From an uncultured cyanobacterium (lineage in GTDB: Bacteria; Cyanobacteriota; Cyanobacteriia; Cyanobacteriales; Microcystaceae): a DNA stretch of 64,000 nt. Position numbers and translations under genes: made by a program. The DNA lies in assembly GCA_963807635.1 (NCBI GenBank), contig CAWEDJ010000041.1:1-64000 (forward strand). Reading direction: 5' to 3'. This document shows, one piece after another, positions 49,981 through 60,523 of the stretch; position 1 is the stretch's first letter; each line of letters opens with the position of its first letter. The notes beneath the pieces were generated by a model. It did no database searches. It had not been told where the DNA came from and was given only the letters and a program-made list of their open reading frames with translations.

Positions 49981-51262
49981 GTGAGCCCAACAACGCTGCT
50001 TGATAATCCTGGGGTTTCCCCTGAATCTACCGCTTCTCGTTCTTTTAATCAAGAGGATTTCAATACCTATGTCATGAATACCTATGGACGATTTCCCATT
50101 GCGATCGCCAAAGGAGAAGGTTGTCGTCTTTGGGATACCGCAGGTAAAAGAGTATTTAGATTTTGTGGCAGGGATTGCGACCTGTACCCTCGGTCATGGT
50201 CATCCCGTCCTCTCTAAAACGATCGCAGAGCAAATTCATAAATTGCATCACGTTTCCAATCTCTACTACGTTCCTGAACAGGGAGAGCTTGCTAAGTGGA
50301 TTGTCGATCATTCCTGTGCCGATCGCGTTTTTTTCTGCAATTCGGGAGCCGAAGCCAACGAAGCGGCCATTAAATTAGTCCGTAAATATGCCCATACTGT
50401 CCTAGATTTTTTAGAACAACCTGTTATCTTAACTGCCCACGCCAGTTTTCATGGTCGGACGTTAGCCACCCTCACTGCAACGGGGCAACCCAAGTATCAA
50501 AAGCACTTTGATCCCCTGATGCCAGGTTTTGCCTATGTTCCCTACAACGATATTGGCGCGATCGAAAATGCTGTCACTGATCTGGATGAAGGAAATCGTC
50601 GTGTTGCGGCCATCATGCTAGAACCTCTACAGGGAGAAGGCGGCATTCGTCCAGGGAATGTAGAGTATTTCCAACGCCTGCGTCAACTCTGCGATCAGAA
50701 TGATATTTTATTGGTCTTTGATGAAGTCCAAGTCGGAGTGGGTCGGACGGGCAAACTCTGGGGCTACGAAAATCTGGGCGTTGAACCTGATATTTTCACC
50801 AGTGCCAAGGGTCTGGCGGGCGGCGTTCCCATTGGAGCCATGATGTGCAAGAAATTCTGTGATGTCTTTGAACCTGGAAACCATGCTAGTACCTTTGGCG
50901 GTAATCCCCTCGTCTGTGCGGCAGGGTTAACGGTATTGAAAACCATTGAACAGGATCACCTCCTAGAAAATGTCTGCGAACGGGGTGAACAATTGCGATC
51001 GCGTCTCAAGGAATTGGCGACCAAATATAGTCCTTTGTTTACCGATGTTCGGGGTTGGGGATTAATTAATGGCATGGAAATTAGTGCCGATAGTGATATC
51101 ACTTCCATTGAAATTGTTAATGCCGCTTTAACGGAAGGTTTATTACTCGCCCCTGCTGACCGCAAGGTTCTACGCTTTGTTCCGCCGTTGATTGTTTCGG
51201 AAGCTGAAGTCGAAAAGGCTATGACGCTTCTGGATAAGGCGATCGCCAAAGTGAAAGGCTGA
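49981..51262 (+). CDS. argD: acetylornithine aminotransferase (frameshift ~50148)
   Basis: MNTYGRFP, YLDFVAGIA, NSGAEANE, FHGRT, DEVQ.G.GRTG, SAKGLAGG. Confidence 0.93.
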
Positions 51263-51282
51263 AACTAATATTTTCCAAAAGT

Positions 51283-51321
51283 ATCAATTATCAGGAGTTA
51301 AATTTTCTGCTGATAATTGAT
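51283..51321 (+). terminator. intrinsic terminator after argD
   Basis: TCAATTATCAG...CTGATAATTGA followed by a T-run. Confidence 0.55.
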
Positions 51322-51407
51322 TGTTTTTTTTGACTTAAATGTTTTAATTGCCTCTATTTGGAAAAAGTTGTGATCGATAGACCTTTTCTGATTAACTAGA
51401 GTTATGG

Positions 51408-52395
51408 ATGTTACTTCGAACGCGATCGCACATTTTAGATTTAGCCGACTGGACTGCGGCTGAATACGACATTGTATTACAAACCGCCTGTAGTTTTCGA
51501 GATGTATTAGCAGGACGCACGAAAAAAGTCCCCGCTCTTCAGGGGCAGGTAGTAACTAATCTTTTTTTGAACCCTCGACCCGTACCCGTAGTAGCTTCGA
51601 GTTAGCGGCCAAGCGTTTGTCGGCAGATGTGATGAATTTCACGCCTGGTAGTTCCTCTTTGACCAAAGGCGAAACAATTTTAGACACTGCCAAGACCTAT
51701 CTCGCGATGGGAGCCGATATCATGGTGATTCGCCATCAACAGGCGGGCGTTCCCAAATTTATCGCTTCCGAAATGGATCGTTTGGATGTGGGCGTGAAGG
51801 TTTTAAACGCAGGAGACGGGCAACATGAACACCCTTCCCAAGCCTTGTTAGATTTATATCCGATCGCGACCTTATTAGATTACGAAAAACCCTGTTTAGA
51901 ACGTTTAAGAGGCAAAAAAATTGCGATCGTGGGGGATATTCTCCATTCCCGTGTGGCTCGTTCTAATATTTGGAGTTTGACCGCCGCAGGAGCCGATGTG
52001 CATTTAGCAGGGCCACCGACGCTGTTGCCCACTTTATTTTCCGGAATGAAGGGCGCGAATCAAACGGGAAGTTTAACTCTCCATTGGGACTTAGAACCTG
52101 CTTTAGTCAATGCGGATTTTGTGATGGCCTTACGCTTACAAAAGGAACGGATGACGGCCCATTTGTTACCCAGTTTACGCGAATATCATCAACGCTACGG
52201 CATTACCCGCGATCGCCTTAAGTCTTGCAAAGCTGAAGTCAAGGTTTTACATCCAGCCCCGTTAACCGAGGAGTAGAAATTAGTTCAGATTTAATGGATG
52301 ACCCCCAATTCAGTCTAATTCAGCAACAGGTGACGAGCGGTGTCGCGATTCGCATGGCATTGTTGTATTTAATTGGAACTTCTGAAGATCCTTAG
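51408..52395 (+). CDS. pyrB: aspartate carbamoyltransferase catalytic subunit (frameshifts ~51567 and ~52257)
   Basis: (F)EPSTRT across the shift, [24 protein letters not shown](G)PVNRGVE. Confidence 0.93.
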
Positions 52396-53483
52396 CTTTC
52401 TTGCAAAATATCTTGCAAAATTTCTGTCGTCACTTCATCGGTAATAATCACTTTGCCGATCGCCGTTGGCAAAATAAAGCGCACCTTACCCGCCTTCACT
52501 TTTTTATCGGTTTGTAAAATATCAATAATGGTGTTGGGGTCTAAATGACTGGGAATTTGCGTCGGTAAACCTGTTTTTTCAATTAAAGCCCTTTGTCGCT
52601 GGGCATCTTTTTCGTTCCATAACCCCATTTTTACCGCAATTTTTCCCGCCGCCACCATGCCGATCGCCACCGCTTCCCCGTGATTCACCTGGCTATAACC
52701 CGTCAAACTTTCCACCGCATGACCAAGGGTGTGACCGTAGTTCAAAATTGCTCGAATACCTGATTCTTTTTCATCCTGGCTCACCACATCCACCTTGGCT
52801 TGACAGGAACGAGTAATAATAATTTCTAGCAAAGAGTCGGGTAAATCCGTTAAATTTTTCAGACTTTTTGCCTGTTCCAATTGCTCAAATAAATCCGCAT
52901 CCCAAATAATGCCATATTTAATCACCTCAGCCATTCCTGCCCGAAATTCCCTTTCTGGTAAGGTTTTCAAGACCAACGGATCAATGAATACCAAACGCGG
53001 TTGATAAAATGCCCCGATCAGATTTTTACCTTGGGGATGATTAACTCCTGTTTTTCCTCCAATAGACGCATCTACCATCGCCAAAAGAGTCGTAGGAACC
53101 TGGACAAAATTGATGCCCCGTAGCCAAGAGGACGCGGCAAATCCCGTCATATCCCCCACCACTCCACCACCCAAGGCAACCATCGTCGAAGAGCGTTCTA
53201 GGCGTTTTTCTAGGGCTTTATCGTAAATTTTGGCGATCGCCTCTAGGGTTTTATGGGTTTCCCCCGCAGGAATGAGATGAACCGAGACTTGAAATCCTGA
53301 CTGTTGGAGGGAATTGAGGGCAATCTCTCCATAATGCTCAAAAATCTCAGCGTTAGAAAGGAGGAGAATTTTCTTGCCCAGTTTTAATGTCGCTAAATAA
53401 TTGCCTAATTTAGACAAATTTCCATGATTAGTGACAATCTCGTAAGGACTTTGGGGCAGAGGAACAGAAATAACAGAAGTCAT
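52392..53483 (-). CDS. aroB: 3-dehydroquinate synthase
   Basis: [34 protein letters not shown]. Confidence 0.97.
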   Translation of the reverse strand: MTSVISVPLPQSPYEIVTNHGNLSKLGNYLATLKLGKKILLLSNAEIFEHYGEIALNSLQQSGFQVSVHLIPAGETHKTLEAIAKIYDKALEKRLERSSTMVALGGGVVGDMTGFAASSWLRGINFVQVPTTLLAMVDASIGGKTGVNHPQGKNLIGAFYQPRLVFIDPLVLKTLPEREFRAGMAEVIKYGIIWDADLFEQLEQAKSLKNLTDLPDSLLEIIITRSCQAKVDVVSQDEKESGIRAILNYGHTLGHAVESLTGYSQVNHGEAVAIGMVAAGKIAVKMGLWNEKDAQRQRALIEKTGLPTQIPSHLDPNTIIDILQTDKKVKAGKVRFILPTAIGKVIITDEVTTEILQDILQES

Positions 53484-53560
53484 AAATTAGGCGATCGCTT
53501 CAAGTAAGATAGAAAGTACAATAGCAAAGAATTGATTTTTGTTAAAAGAGGTTTACGTTT

Positions 53561-53659
53561 ATGGCTGCTGGTGTTGGTGCTTTTTTCGCCTATTTGATCG
53601 TTTTTACGGGAATTACTCTCGGTTTAATGTACGGGTTACGTGCCGCAAAAATTATCTAA
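53561..53659 (+). CDS. petL: cytochrome b6f subunit VI (32 aa; absent from the ORF track)
   Basis: MAAGVGAFFAYLIVFTGITLGLMYGLRAAKII*, a single TM helix matching cyanobacterial PetL; divergent from aroB. Confidence 0.88.
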   Translation: MAAGVGAFFAYLIVFTGITLGLMYGLRAAKII

Positions 53660-53788
53660 TCGTTAAAGTTAAACGAAGGGCGATCGCCATGCTTAACCGA
53701 GAAATCAGGAAGTGGGCGATCGTTTTCTTATAAAGTAGTCTGTTTAATGGCTTAAATGACGAATTATTAAGTCTTTAAAACTGGTCGC

Positions 53789-53825
53789 AAACGATGCAAC
53801 CAAAAACCCAAACCAAATGCGATCG
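53789..53825. repeat. 37-bp direct repeat, copy 1 (copy 2 at 58764..58800)
   Basis: AAACGATGCAACCAAAAACCCAAACCAAATGCGATCG identical at both sites. Confidence 0.9.
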
Positions 53826-54015
53826 TCAAAACGACAATTTATTTGGAAAAACTTTGGCAGTTTTATTGGTATAGAAAGTCATTATGATAACAAAATTTAG
53901 TTATCTTTGAATGATACTATATTTTTCATGACATAGTTTTTTGAATGATTTTTCCGTTGATATAGTGACCTTTTTTATCTACAGGTGATCGTGTTTTTAC
54001 CAAAATCTAACTATA

Positions 54016-54591
54016 TTAGACCTCTATCGGTTGACGTATAGATTGAAGAAATTCAATAATTTCTTGTATTATTTTTGTATTGCGTAAAGTTTCAATATCT
54101 TCTTTTTTTAGTTGATAAATAAATTGATTGACAACGAGTTTTTTAGGGCGAGGTAACAACTCTTCTAGTATTTTTTTTGCTTTTTGGGGCTGAGAAATGG
54201 CTAACTCAAAAATAGAATTAGGTACATTAAAATCCATAAAATCCATGATTTTTGAAAATAAACAGGCATCTTCAAAGAAAATGGATTCGATAGTAGGAAC
54301 AGCAAGAATCACTTTAATGGGAGTATCTACTGCCACACCCTCAACAATTTCTTGTATTTCTTGAGTTCGTTCTTGGATAAATTTTTGATCCGTTGAATCG
54401 GCATCAACGACAATTACAACAGGAATCTGCTGTCGAACAACAAGAGAACGGGCGAACGATTTAACTGCTGATAAACCTCCAGCCGCAATAATACCAACTT
54501 CATTGAGTAAATGTTGAGGAATTATCGCTTTCAAAAGTTGAACATTAGAATCCCCTTCAGTAATAATATAAGCAATCATAAAACACCTCAT
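54016..54591 (-). CDS. TOPRIM-like hypothetical protein
   Basis: YIITEG, IVVDADS and AVPTIESIFF; the ATG overlaps the stop of the upstream nuclease (ATGA). Confidence 0.6.
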   Translation of the reverse strand: MRCFMIAYIITEGDSNVQLLKAIIPQHLLNEVGIIAAGGLSAVKSFARSLVVRQQIPVVIVVDADSTDQKFIQERTQEIQEIVEGVAVDTPIKVILAVPTIESIFFEDACLFSKIMDFMDFNVPNSIFELAISQPQKAKKILEELLPRPKKLVVNQFIYQLKKEDIETLRNTKIIQEIIEFLQSIRQPIEV

Positions 54592-54745
54592 TTTATAATT
54601 TCACTATCAGCTCTAAGGTCATAATCAGGAAGACCTTGTTCTACGCATACACGATATTTAGGGCTTGCTGAAAAAGTCAAAAAACAGGAAGAGGGGATTA
54701 ATTTATGAATTTAAGGCGAGTAAAACATAAGGGTTAAATGAATTG

Positions 54746-56104
54746 TCAACACAAAGCATAAGCTGGGCTAATAAGAGGGCAGAAAAATAAGCTCTTCTTC
54801 CGAAAAAGACAAAAAAAACGTAAAACCTGCCGAAGCAGGGCAAAAAGATTGATGACTAAAAAGGTGATAGCAATAGCGGTTTCAGAGGTATCAGGAAGTT
54901 TTGTCATAACTCGATTGAGGCTAAATCGTCTCTTTGCTTGACCAAATTTGCCTTCAATAGCATTACGGTCTCTTTCATCTTGAAGAGCTTCTTTCTTTTT
55001 TTCTGGACTAATATTTGTGGGTCGTCTTCCCAAGGGTGGGCCACTCAATCGAATTCCCTTCTCCTTACAAAAAGCGCGATTTTCCCTTGTGCGATAGATT
55101 GCATCAGCATGAACAGACTGGGGATAGTAGCCTGTCTCACGTTTAAACTCTTCTATTTGTCCTTTGAAGTCGCCTGATTCATTATAATTATCCCAACTTA
55201 ATCGGTATAAATAAAGATATCCATTCACATAACTTGCTGATAGTTTTGCACCAAACTCTACTGGCGTTCCCGCTTTTCCTCTAACAATGGGACGAACATG
55301 AGGTTGAGTCAAACTCACAATTCTATTTTCTACCTTATTTTCTTTATTTTCATACATTCCTACTTGTTGCTCATAGGCTTTTTGTATTATCGACAGTATC
55401 TTTTCGTCTTTTTTACTTAATTTTGCGACCTCTTTATCTTCTCTTAATTTTTCTATATGGGAAAGGTTTCTTTTGATATATTGGATTTGTTTTTTTATGC
55501 CCTTTCTCCTTTCTTTTCTCGACGGACGGCGTTTTTTTGACAATTTTAAGTAATCTTTTCTGGCTCTTATTCTATAGGTTCTTGGTTTTTTTCCTTTTTT
55601 TTTAGTTTTTTTATACAAGTTGTCTATTATTTTTTCGGTTTTTTCTCTTGCCTCATTCAAGATTCCTATATCTGTTGGATATTTGATGTCTGCTGGTGCA
55701 CAGGTTGCATCTATTAATAGCTTTCCTCTATTCTGATTTTCCCCTTCACTTTTTTCTTTTACTTCTGATAATATTTCTTCTTCTTTTTTTACCATTGCTT
55801 TATTTATTTGATTCACCAAGTCCATTCCTATTCTTTGACGGAAATGTACTAACAGTGACGCATCAAATGCCTCCTCATTTTCATATACTTCTAGTCCTAT
55901 AAAATATTGTAAGTAAGGGTTTTCTTTTATTTGTTCTACTGTTTCTCGGTCACTTATTCTCAATATTTCTTTTATTATTAATGACCCTAATGCCATCCTA
56001 AATGGTTTGGCTGTCGCTCCTTTATTTTCTGAAAATTGTTTTGCATATTCTTCTTCAAATTCCTCCCACGGAATTATTTTTGACATGATTAAGCTGTTGA
56101 GCAT
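54746..56104 (-). CDS. IS5 transposase, N-terminally truncated by IS630
   Basis: Identical to copy 1 from IMSKIIPW onward; new ATG supplied by the IS630 TIR. Confidence 0.8.
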   Translation of the reverse strand: MLNSLIMSKIIPWEEFEEEYAKQFSENKGATAKPFRMALGSLIIKEILRISDRETVEQIKENPYLQYFIGLEVYENEEAFDASLLVHFRQRIGMDLVNQINKAMVKKEEEILSEVKEKSEGENQNRGKLLIDATCAPADIKYPTDIGILNEAREKTEKIIDNLYKKTKKKGKKPRTYRIRARKDYLKLSKKRRPSRKERRKGIKKQIQYIKRNLSHIEKLREDKEVAKLSKKDEKILSIIQKAYEQQVGMYENKENKVENRIVSLTQPHVRPIVRGKAGTPVEFGAKLSASYVNGYLYLYRLSWDNYNESGDFKGQIEEFKRETGYYPQSVHADAIYRTRENRAFCKEKGIRLSGPPLGRRPTNISPEKKKEALQDERDRNAIEGKFGQAKRRFSLNRVMTKLPDTSETAIAITFLVINLFALLRQVLRFFCLFRKKSLFFCPLISPAYALC

Positions 56105-57269
56105 TTAAACTGCATTGACAGCGTTACCCTTGTTTTTTAGCTTCCGCCCCCAATTTATAACTAGCTCCCCCTCATTTAGTAATCGGTTAAGGAGTTCTTC
56201 TAGTTCTTCTATTGACTTAAATAGACGGTTTGCAATAAACTCTTTCGCTGAATGCCATACCAACTCTATTAAGTTATAGTCTGGACTATATTCTGGTAAA
56301 AACTCTATTATTAAATTCGGCATTTTCTCTTTTATTTTCTCTAGAAACTCTTTCTTTTTATGAATACTTGCATTATCTAATATAACCAGTATTTTTGGCC
56401 CGTTAATTTCAAACTCTTCTATTTTATTACCATTTTCTGACCATTCTATTTTTATGTCTTCATAAAACCCTTCCAACACTTTAAAGAAGTTTTCTCCTGT
56501 TCCTTTTTCTAGAAATTCTACTCGTGTTTTTTTATCTGAAAGTCTCAATGCTCCCATTACATTTACTCTTCCTTTTCTTCTATTTCCCTTCACTTTCTTT
56601 CTTTTTCCTTTTTTGCTCCAATTTTTTCGTCTTAACACCCTCAAACCGAACCCAGATTCATCCCAAAACCATATCTGGAGACGCTCTGGCGACTCTTTTG
56701 CTATTTTTAAATATTTATCAAATTTTTCCTTAAATAGCTTTCTTTTCTCTGGGTCTTGGCTTTCTTCTAAGCTATATTTTGCCCAAATATACACATACTT
56801 TTTTGATTTTAATATTCTTCTTACTTGACTTCCACTTAACTTTATTCCTGTCTCTCTTTCTAAATATTTTGCTAATCTTTGTGCTGTCCATCTCCCAAAT
56901 TCGTAACCTAATTCTTCGGGGTCTTTATCTATTACCTCCAAAAGTTTATTAACATATTCTGGAGTCGCTTTTTGATAATTCCCTTCCATTCTTTTATCTT
57001 TTAGGCTTTCCAGGTTATTGGCATCTCCATGAACACACCAATAGGCTATCTTTCTTAATGAGCATCCTACAAAATCTGCTATTTCTTGTTGAGTTTTACC
57101 ATCATTTTGTAATAATAATATCAGGATTCTCTCCCTGATATCTGGATGTTCATTATATTTCAGTTCGTTTTGTAGTTTCTGTTTTTCATCCGTTTTTAGA
57201 TGATTTTTTACTGGCATGACTTTTCTCCTTTTTTACTTTCATTATATGCTATTTAAATGACTAACAGCT
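56092..57269 (-). mobile_element. IS630-family insertion sequence nested in IS5
   Basis: TIRs AGCTGTTGAGCATTTAAA / AGCTGTTAGTCATTTAAA; TA duplicated at 56090-56091 and 57270-57271. Confidence 0.94.
56105..57217 (-). CDS. IS630 transposase (370 aa)
   Basis: GRWT winged-HTH, FWDESG, LDNASIH, YSPDYNLIE. Confidence 0.93.
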   Translation of the reverse strand: MPVKNHLKTDEKQKLQNELKYNEHPDIRERILILLLQNDGKTQQEIADFVGCSLRKIAYWCVHGDANNLESLKDKRMEGNYQKATPEYVNKLLEVIDKDPEELGYEFGRWTAQRLAKYLERETGIKLSGSQVRRILKSKKYVYIWAKYSLEESQDPEKRKLFKEKFDKYLKIAKESPERLQIWFWDESGFGLRVLRRKNWSKKGKRKKVKGNRRKGRVNVMGALRLSDKKTRVEFLEKGTGENFFKVLEGFYEDIKIEWSENGNKIEEFEINGPKILVILDNASIHKKKEFLEKIKEKMPNLIIEFLPEYSPDYNLIELVWHSAKEFIANRLFKSIEELEELLNRLLNEGELVINWGRKLKNKGNAVNAV

Positions 57270-58060
57270 TACCCAACGATTTTCTTCTTTTGGCTTCCAC
57301 TCACTTGGTATTTTGAAGTTTTCAACAGTCGATTTTTCGGATTCTTTTTTGGGGTACATCGTTCAATGCTCTGGAAGGGGAGGGGTGCAAGCCTTTTCAC
57401 TCATTTTAGACCTTTTTTTTGCACTTTTTTTGCTCTCTAAATCCCCTCATCTCTTTTCTTATAAGGCTTTCAGCTTTTTTCAGCAAGCTCTATTTAAGAA
57501 GCAAAAATTGACAGATTTTTTGATGATCTAAAGCATATTTTATTTCTTCTCCATTCCATAATAAAATGGCTCGAGGTAGAGCAAAACAAGAAAGATGACG
57601 GGCTGGATTGGTAAAGCCTGAGCTAGAGCTACTAAAAACTAAACCTATTGTACCTGCTGGACGACGCAAAAGTTGATTACGCAACTTAGCAATTGGTTCC
57701 ACATTGATAGCTTGATTTCCATAATCTTTACTTTCAACTAAACAAGAAAGATGAGAAAAATGAATTGCTCCGTCAATTTGTTCAACTTCTTCTCCAAATA
57801 ATCGAACGGGATAGGGCCAAGTGATATCTGCACCATCCAGTTGAAAAGCTCGTAATACCAAATATTCAAAAGCTTTACCTGGAGGCCGATCCTGGAGTAT
57901 CTCGATTCTCAATCTGCTCCCACAATGTTCGTAATTCATTCCATTGAAGTGATTGAATCCTATTCTCATATTCTCTTGTTACAGACAATCTTAATTCTCC
58001 TATTAATCGCGCTTAAATTACCTATTTTAATATAATAAGGTTAGATACAATAAATCATAA

Positions 58061-58714
58061 ATGTTTGCCTATTTAGACCAAATAGAAGAAAAAATGACAT
58101 CAGTAGCAATTTCCGAAACTATCACCACGATCGCCAAAGCCGAAAAGCGATTTAATCTTCATCGTAGCCCCTCCAAGGATTTTTTCACGGAATGGACTTC
58201 TTCCCTGTCCAAAATATCCGACAGTGATCAGACTGAGATAGATACCCTCTGGCAACGCTATATCTATCATCGCTCAGGAGGTCACCTCTTAGAAAATACC
58301 GTCATGCTCTTGCTCGTTTCCCCTCTATTAACGATCGCAGGCTTTTATGATCCTCCCTTTCGCATTAAAGCAGAAGAATCCGTCCGCATAACTGTTTCTG
58401 ATAGCGAAGAAACTTTACAGGGAAGAATTGATTTATTGATTTTATGCGATCGCCTCTGGGTCATTGTTTTAGAATCAAAAAAGACGATGCTTTCAGTTTG
58501 GTGTGCCGTTCCCCAAGCTCTTTGCTATGCAATGGCTAACCCTGACAAAGATCGTCCTATTTTTGCAATGTTAACCAATGGAGATGATATTTTATTTATC
58601 AAAATTCAGAACAAAGAATATGCTTTCTCGCGTATTTTTTCTCCTTTTTCATCGAAGATAGATCTTGAAAATTCTCTACAAACTTTATGCCAAATTAATC
58701 AAGTTGTTCAATAG
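58061..58714 (+). CDS. restriction-endonuclease-fold protein (type I HsdR N-terminal-like)
   Basis: AEES...GRIDLL...VLESK...Q...Y...TNG motif set. Confidence 0.75.
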   Translation: MFAYLDQIEEKMTSVAISETITTIAKAEKRFNLHRSPSKDFFTEWTSSLSKISDSDQTEIDTLWQRYIYHRSGGHLLENTVMLLLVSPLLTIAGFYDPPFRIKAEESVRITVSDSEETLQGRIDLLILCDRLWVIVLESKKTMLSVWCAVPQALCYAMANPDKDRPIFAMLTNGDDILFIKIQNKEYAFSRIFSPFSSKIDLENSLQTLCQINQVVQ

Positions 58715-58735
58715 CAAAAAATGCGATCATCGTGA

Positions 58736-59883
58736 TTATCTCTTCATTGTCGAAACTGCTTGTAAACGATGCAACCAAAAACCCAAACCAAATGCGATCG
58801 CCAAAGTAAAGAGCATATAACCCAGACTAATTAAACGAGTAAATAGGGGCGGATGAATTGCCTCGACTTCAATCGCTTTTCCGATTTGTAACGGTTGACT
58901 TTTACTCGCAATATTGGGCGAAATAGTGACAGTCAGTTCATGGGGAGAACCATCAAAAAATTGTTGTTGCCAACGAAATTGCCCTTGACTATCTGTTTCA
59001 GCTTGAGTGGCAAAAATTACTAGATTATTTTCTAATTGGTTAGCTTTAATTCTTAGCGATAAATTACTAATCGGTTTTTGAGTTTGAGTATTTATCGCTT
59101 TTATTTGAAAATTGTTTAACTGTCCCACCGTTGCACTTTCTTCTCCCAACAGTTGGATGATTGAGTCTGTTATTTCACCTTGATCATTCAGGGTATCTGA
59201 TATTTCTGATTGATGATTTTCATGCTCGGAATGGGAAGATCCGACTTCGGCTGTAATACAAATAAATAATAAGGTGGCGATCGTCACAATGATTGCACTA
59301 CTTAATAATAAGCGGACTCGTTGGGGCACGACTTCTCCTGCTTGTAAACTTTCTCCTGCCCCAATAATCCAACCCCCACCGAAACCTATGAATAGTAATA
59401 AGACTAATAAAATTACATAATTACGATATTTAATTTCATTTTCAGAAACAGACAAGGATAGGTTTTGTTGAAATGGTTGAAAGCTATCGGCGATCAGGGG
59501 ATTAACTTCTAATTTAAACGTGTAATTTCCCCGAATGGGCAGGATTTGTTGAAATTGTAATTCTCCTGTTTTGCTCGGTTGGCTAATGTCTAACAGTGTT
59601 GTTCCTTCTACCCAGGGAAAATCTGTGGAAAACCAGGGCGATCGCGGTGGCGTTAACAAAGTTAGATGAATATTGGCATTATTTAAAGCTTTACCTGTTT
59701 TATCTAGAGTTTTTAGGGTAAAATGAACGGTTTTTTCTGCTAAAGCCGAATTTGTTCCAGCGCAGGTTCAGTCAATAGTTGCACAGACGGCTGAGACGAT
59801 TGGGAAAAAACGCGATCGCCACTATAAAAACGGCTCATCAGACAAATAACGCCGACGAGCAAAGCAAGTTTAAAATATTTCAT
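58736..59883 (-). CDS. uncharacterised membrane protein downstream of cbtB (frameshift ~59744)
   Basis: Signal-like N-terminus MKYFKLALLVGVICL, two beta-rich soluble domains, about 3 TM segments, His-rich SHSEHENH. Confidence 0.7.
58764..58800. repeat. 37-bp direct repeat, copy 2
   Basis: Identical to 53789..53825; lies in the 3' end of the 58736..59883 gene and ends at HIP1. Confidence 0.9.
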
Positions 59884-60021
59884 TGTTAATTGAACTAAAA
59901 AAGATAATAAGTTGTGAATAAAATACTCACCTTAACGACAGCAAATTCCCCAGCATTGGGGGATTTACGTGGCAAAGAAATATTGTTTTTTAGTGTAGAT
60001 ATGGCTTAATGCTCAGACAAA

Positions 60022-60213
60022 TTAATGACAAGAAACCGTTAAAGTATGGTGACGCAAAGAATGAACTTGATTGTGCATGGCAGGATAGGTTGTGAAATAA
60101 ACCGTCCAGAGCGTTAATCCACAGAGAGACAAATAAAGGGCAGACTGTACGGGAGTTGAAAGCGTCCAACGAACAGCCCGATCAGATAAATTAGAAAAAG
60201 CTTGAGTTGTCAT
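60022..60213 (-). CDS. CbtB-like cobalt transporter subunit
   Basis: 63 aa, one TM, C-terminal H..H..RH.....CH; directly below a B12 riboswitch. Confidence 0.8.
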   Translation of the reverse strand: MTTQAFSNLSDRAVRWTLSTPVQSALYLSLCGLTLWTVYFTTYPAMHNQVHSLRHHTLTVSCH

Positions 60214-60255
60214 CTTGTACCTCGCAGATGAAAAATAAAGAGAACTGTTGAGCAA

Positions 60256-60385
60256 ACTCGGCGGGCATCCTGGCTATTCAATCCTCAAAAATTATTGAAT
60301 TACAGTTGCGGGACAGCGTTGGATTTGCACCAATCTTTCCCCGTTACCTCTGATGACTGTTTCCCATCAGAACCGAATCCCATCA
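60256..60385 (-). promoter_or_regulatory. cobalamin riboswitch
   Basis: Minus strand: GGTTC...AACGGGGAAAG.TTGGTGCAAATCCAACGCTGTCCCGCAACTGTAA...AGCCAGGATGCCCGCC (B12 box). Confidence 0.92.
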
Positions 60386-60523
60386 GTATATCACCTCAAT
60401 TCTCTCCTACTGAAATTCTTTGGTTAGTGATAAATCCTTGCCCTGATTTTTGAATGGGGTTGCAACGTGGCAAAATGTTAAAGAGACATTAACTAAACAC
60501 GCTGATTTATTAATCCACTGCCC

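Larger units (their letters stand above)
54661..57490 (-). mobile_element. IS5-family insertion sequence, copy 2, containing a nested IS630
   Basis: Same TIRs and transposase as copy 1; TATTTA duplicated at 54655-54660 and 57491-57496; length 2830 = 1650 + 1180. Confidence 0.93.
54588..57988 (-). pseudogene. Mrr-like PD-(D/E)XK restriction endonuclease interrupted by IS5
   Basis: TTG 57988 MSVTREYENRIQSLQW..., GKAFEYLV, EQIDG...LVESKD. After the IS the frame resumes KYRVCVEQGLPDYDLRADSEIIK* ending at 54588. Confidence 0.8.
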
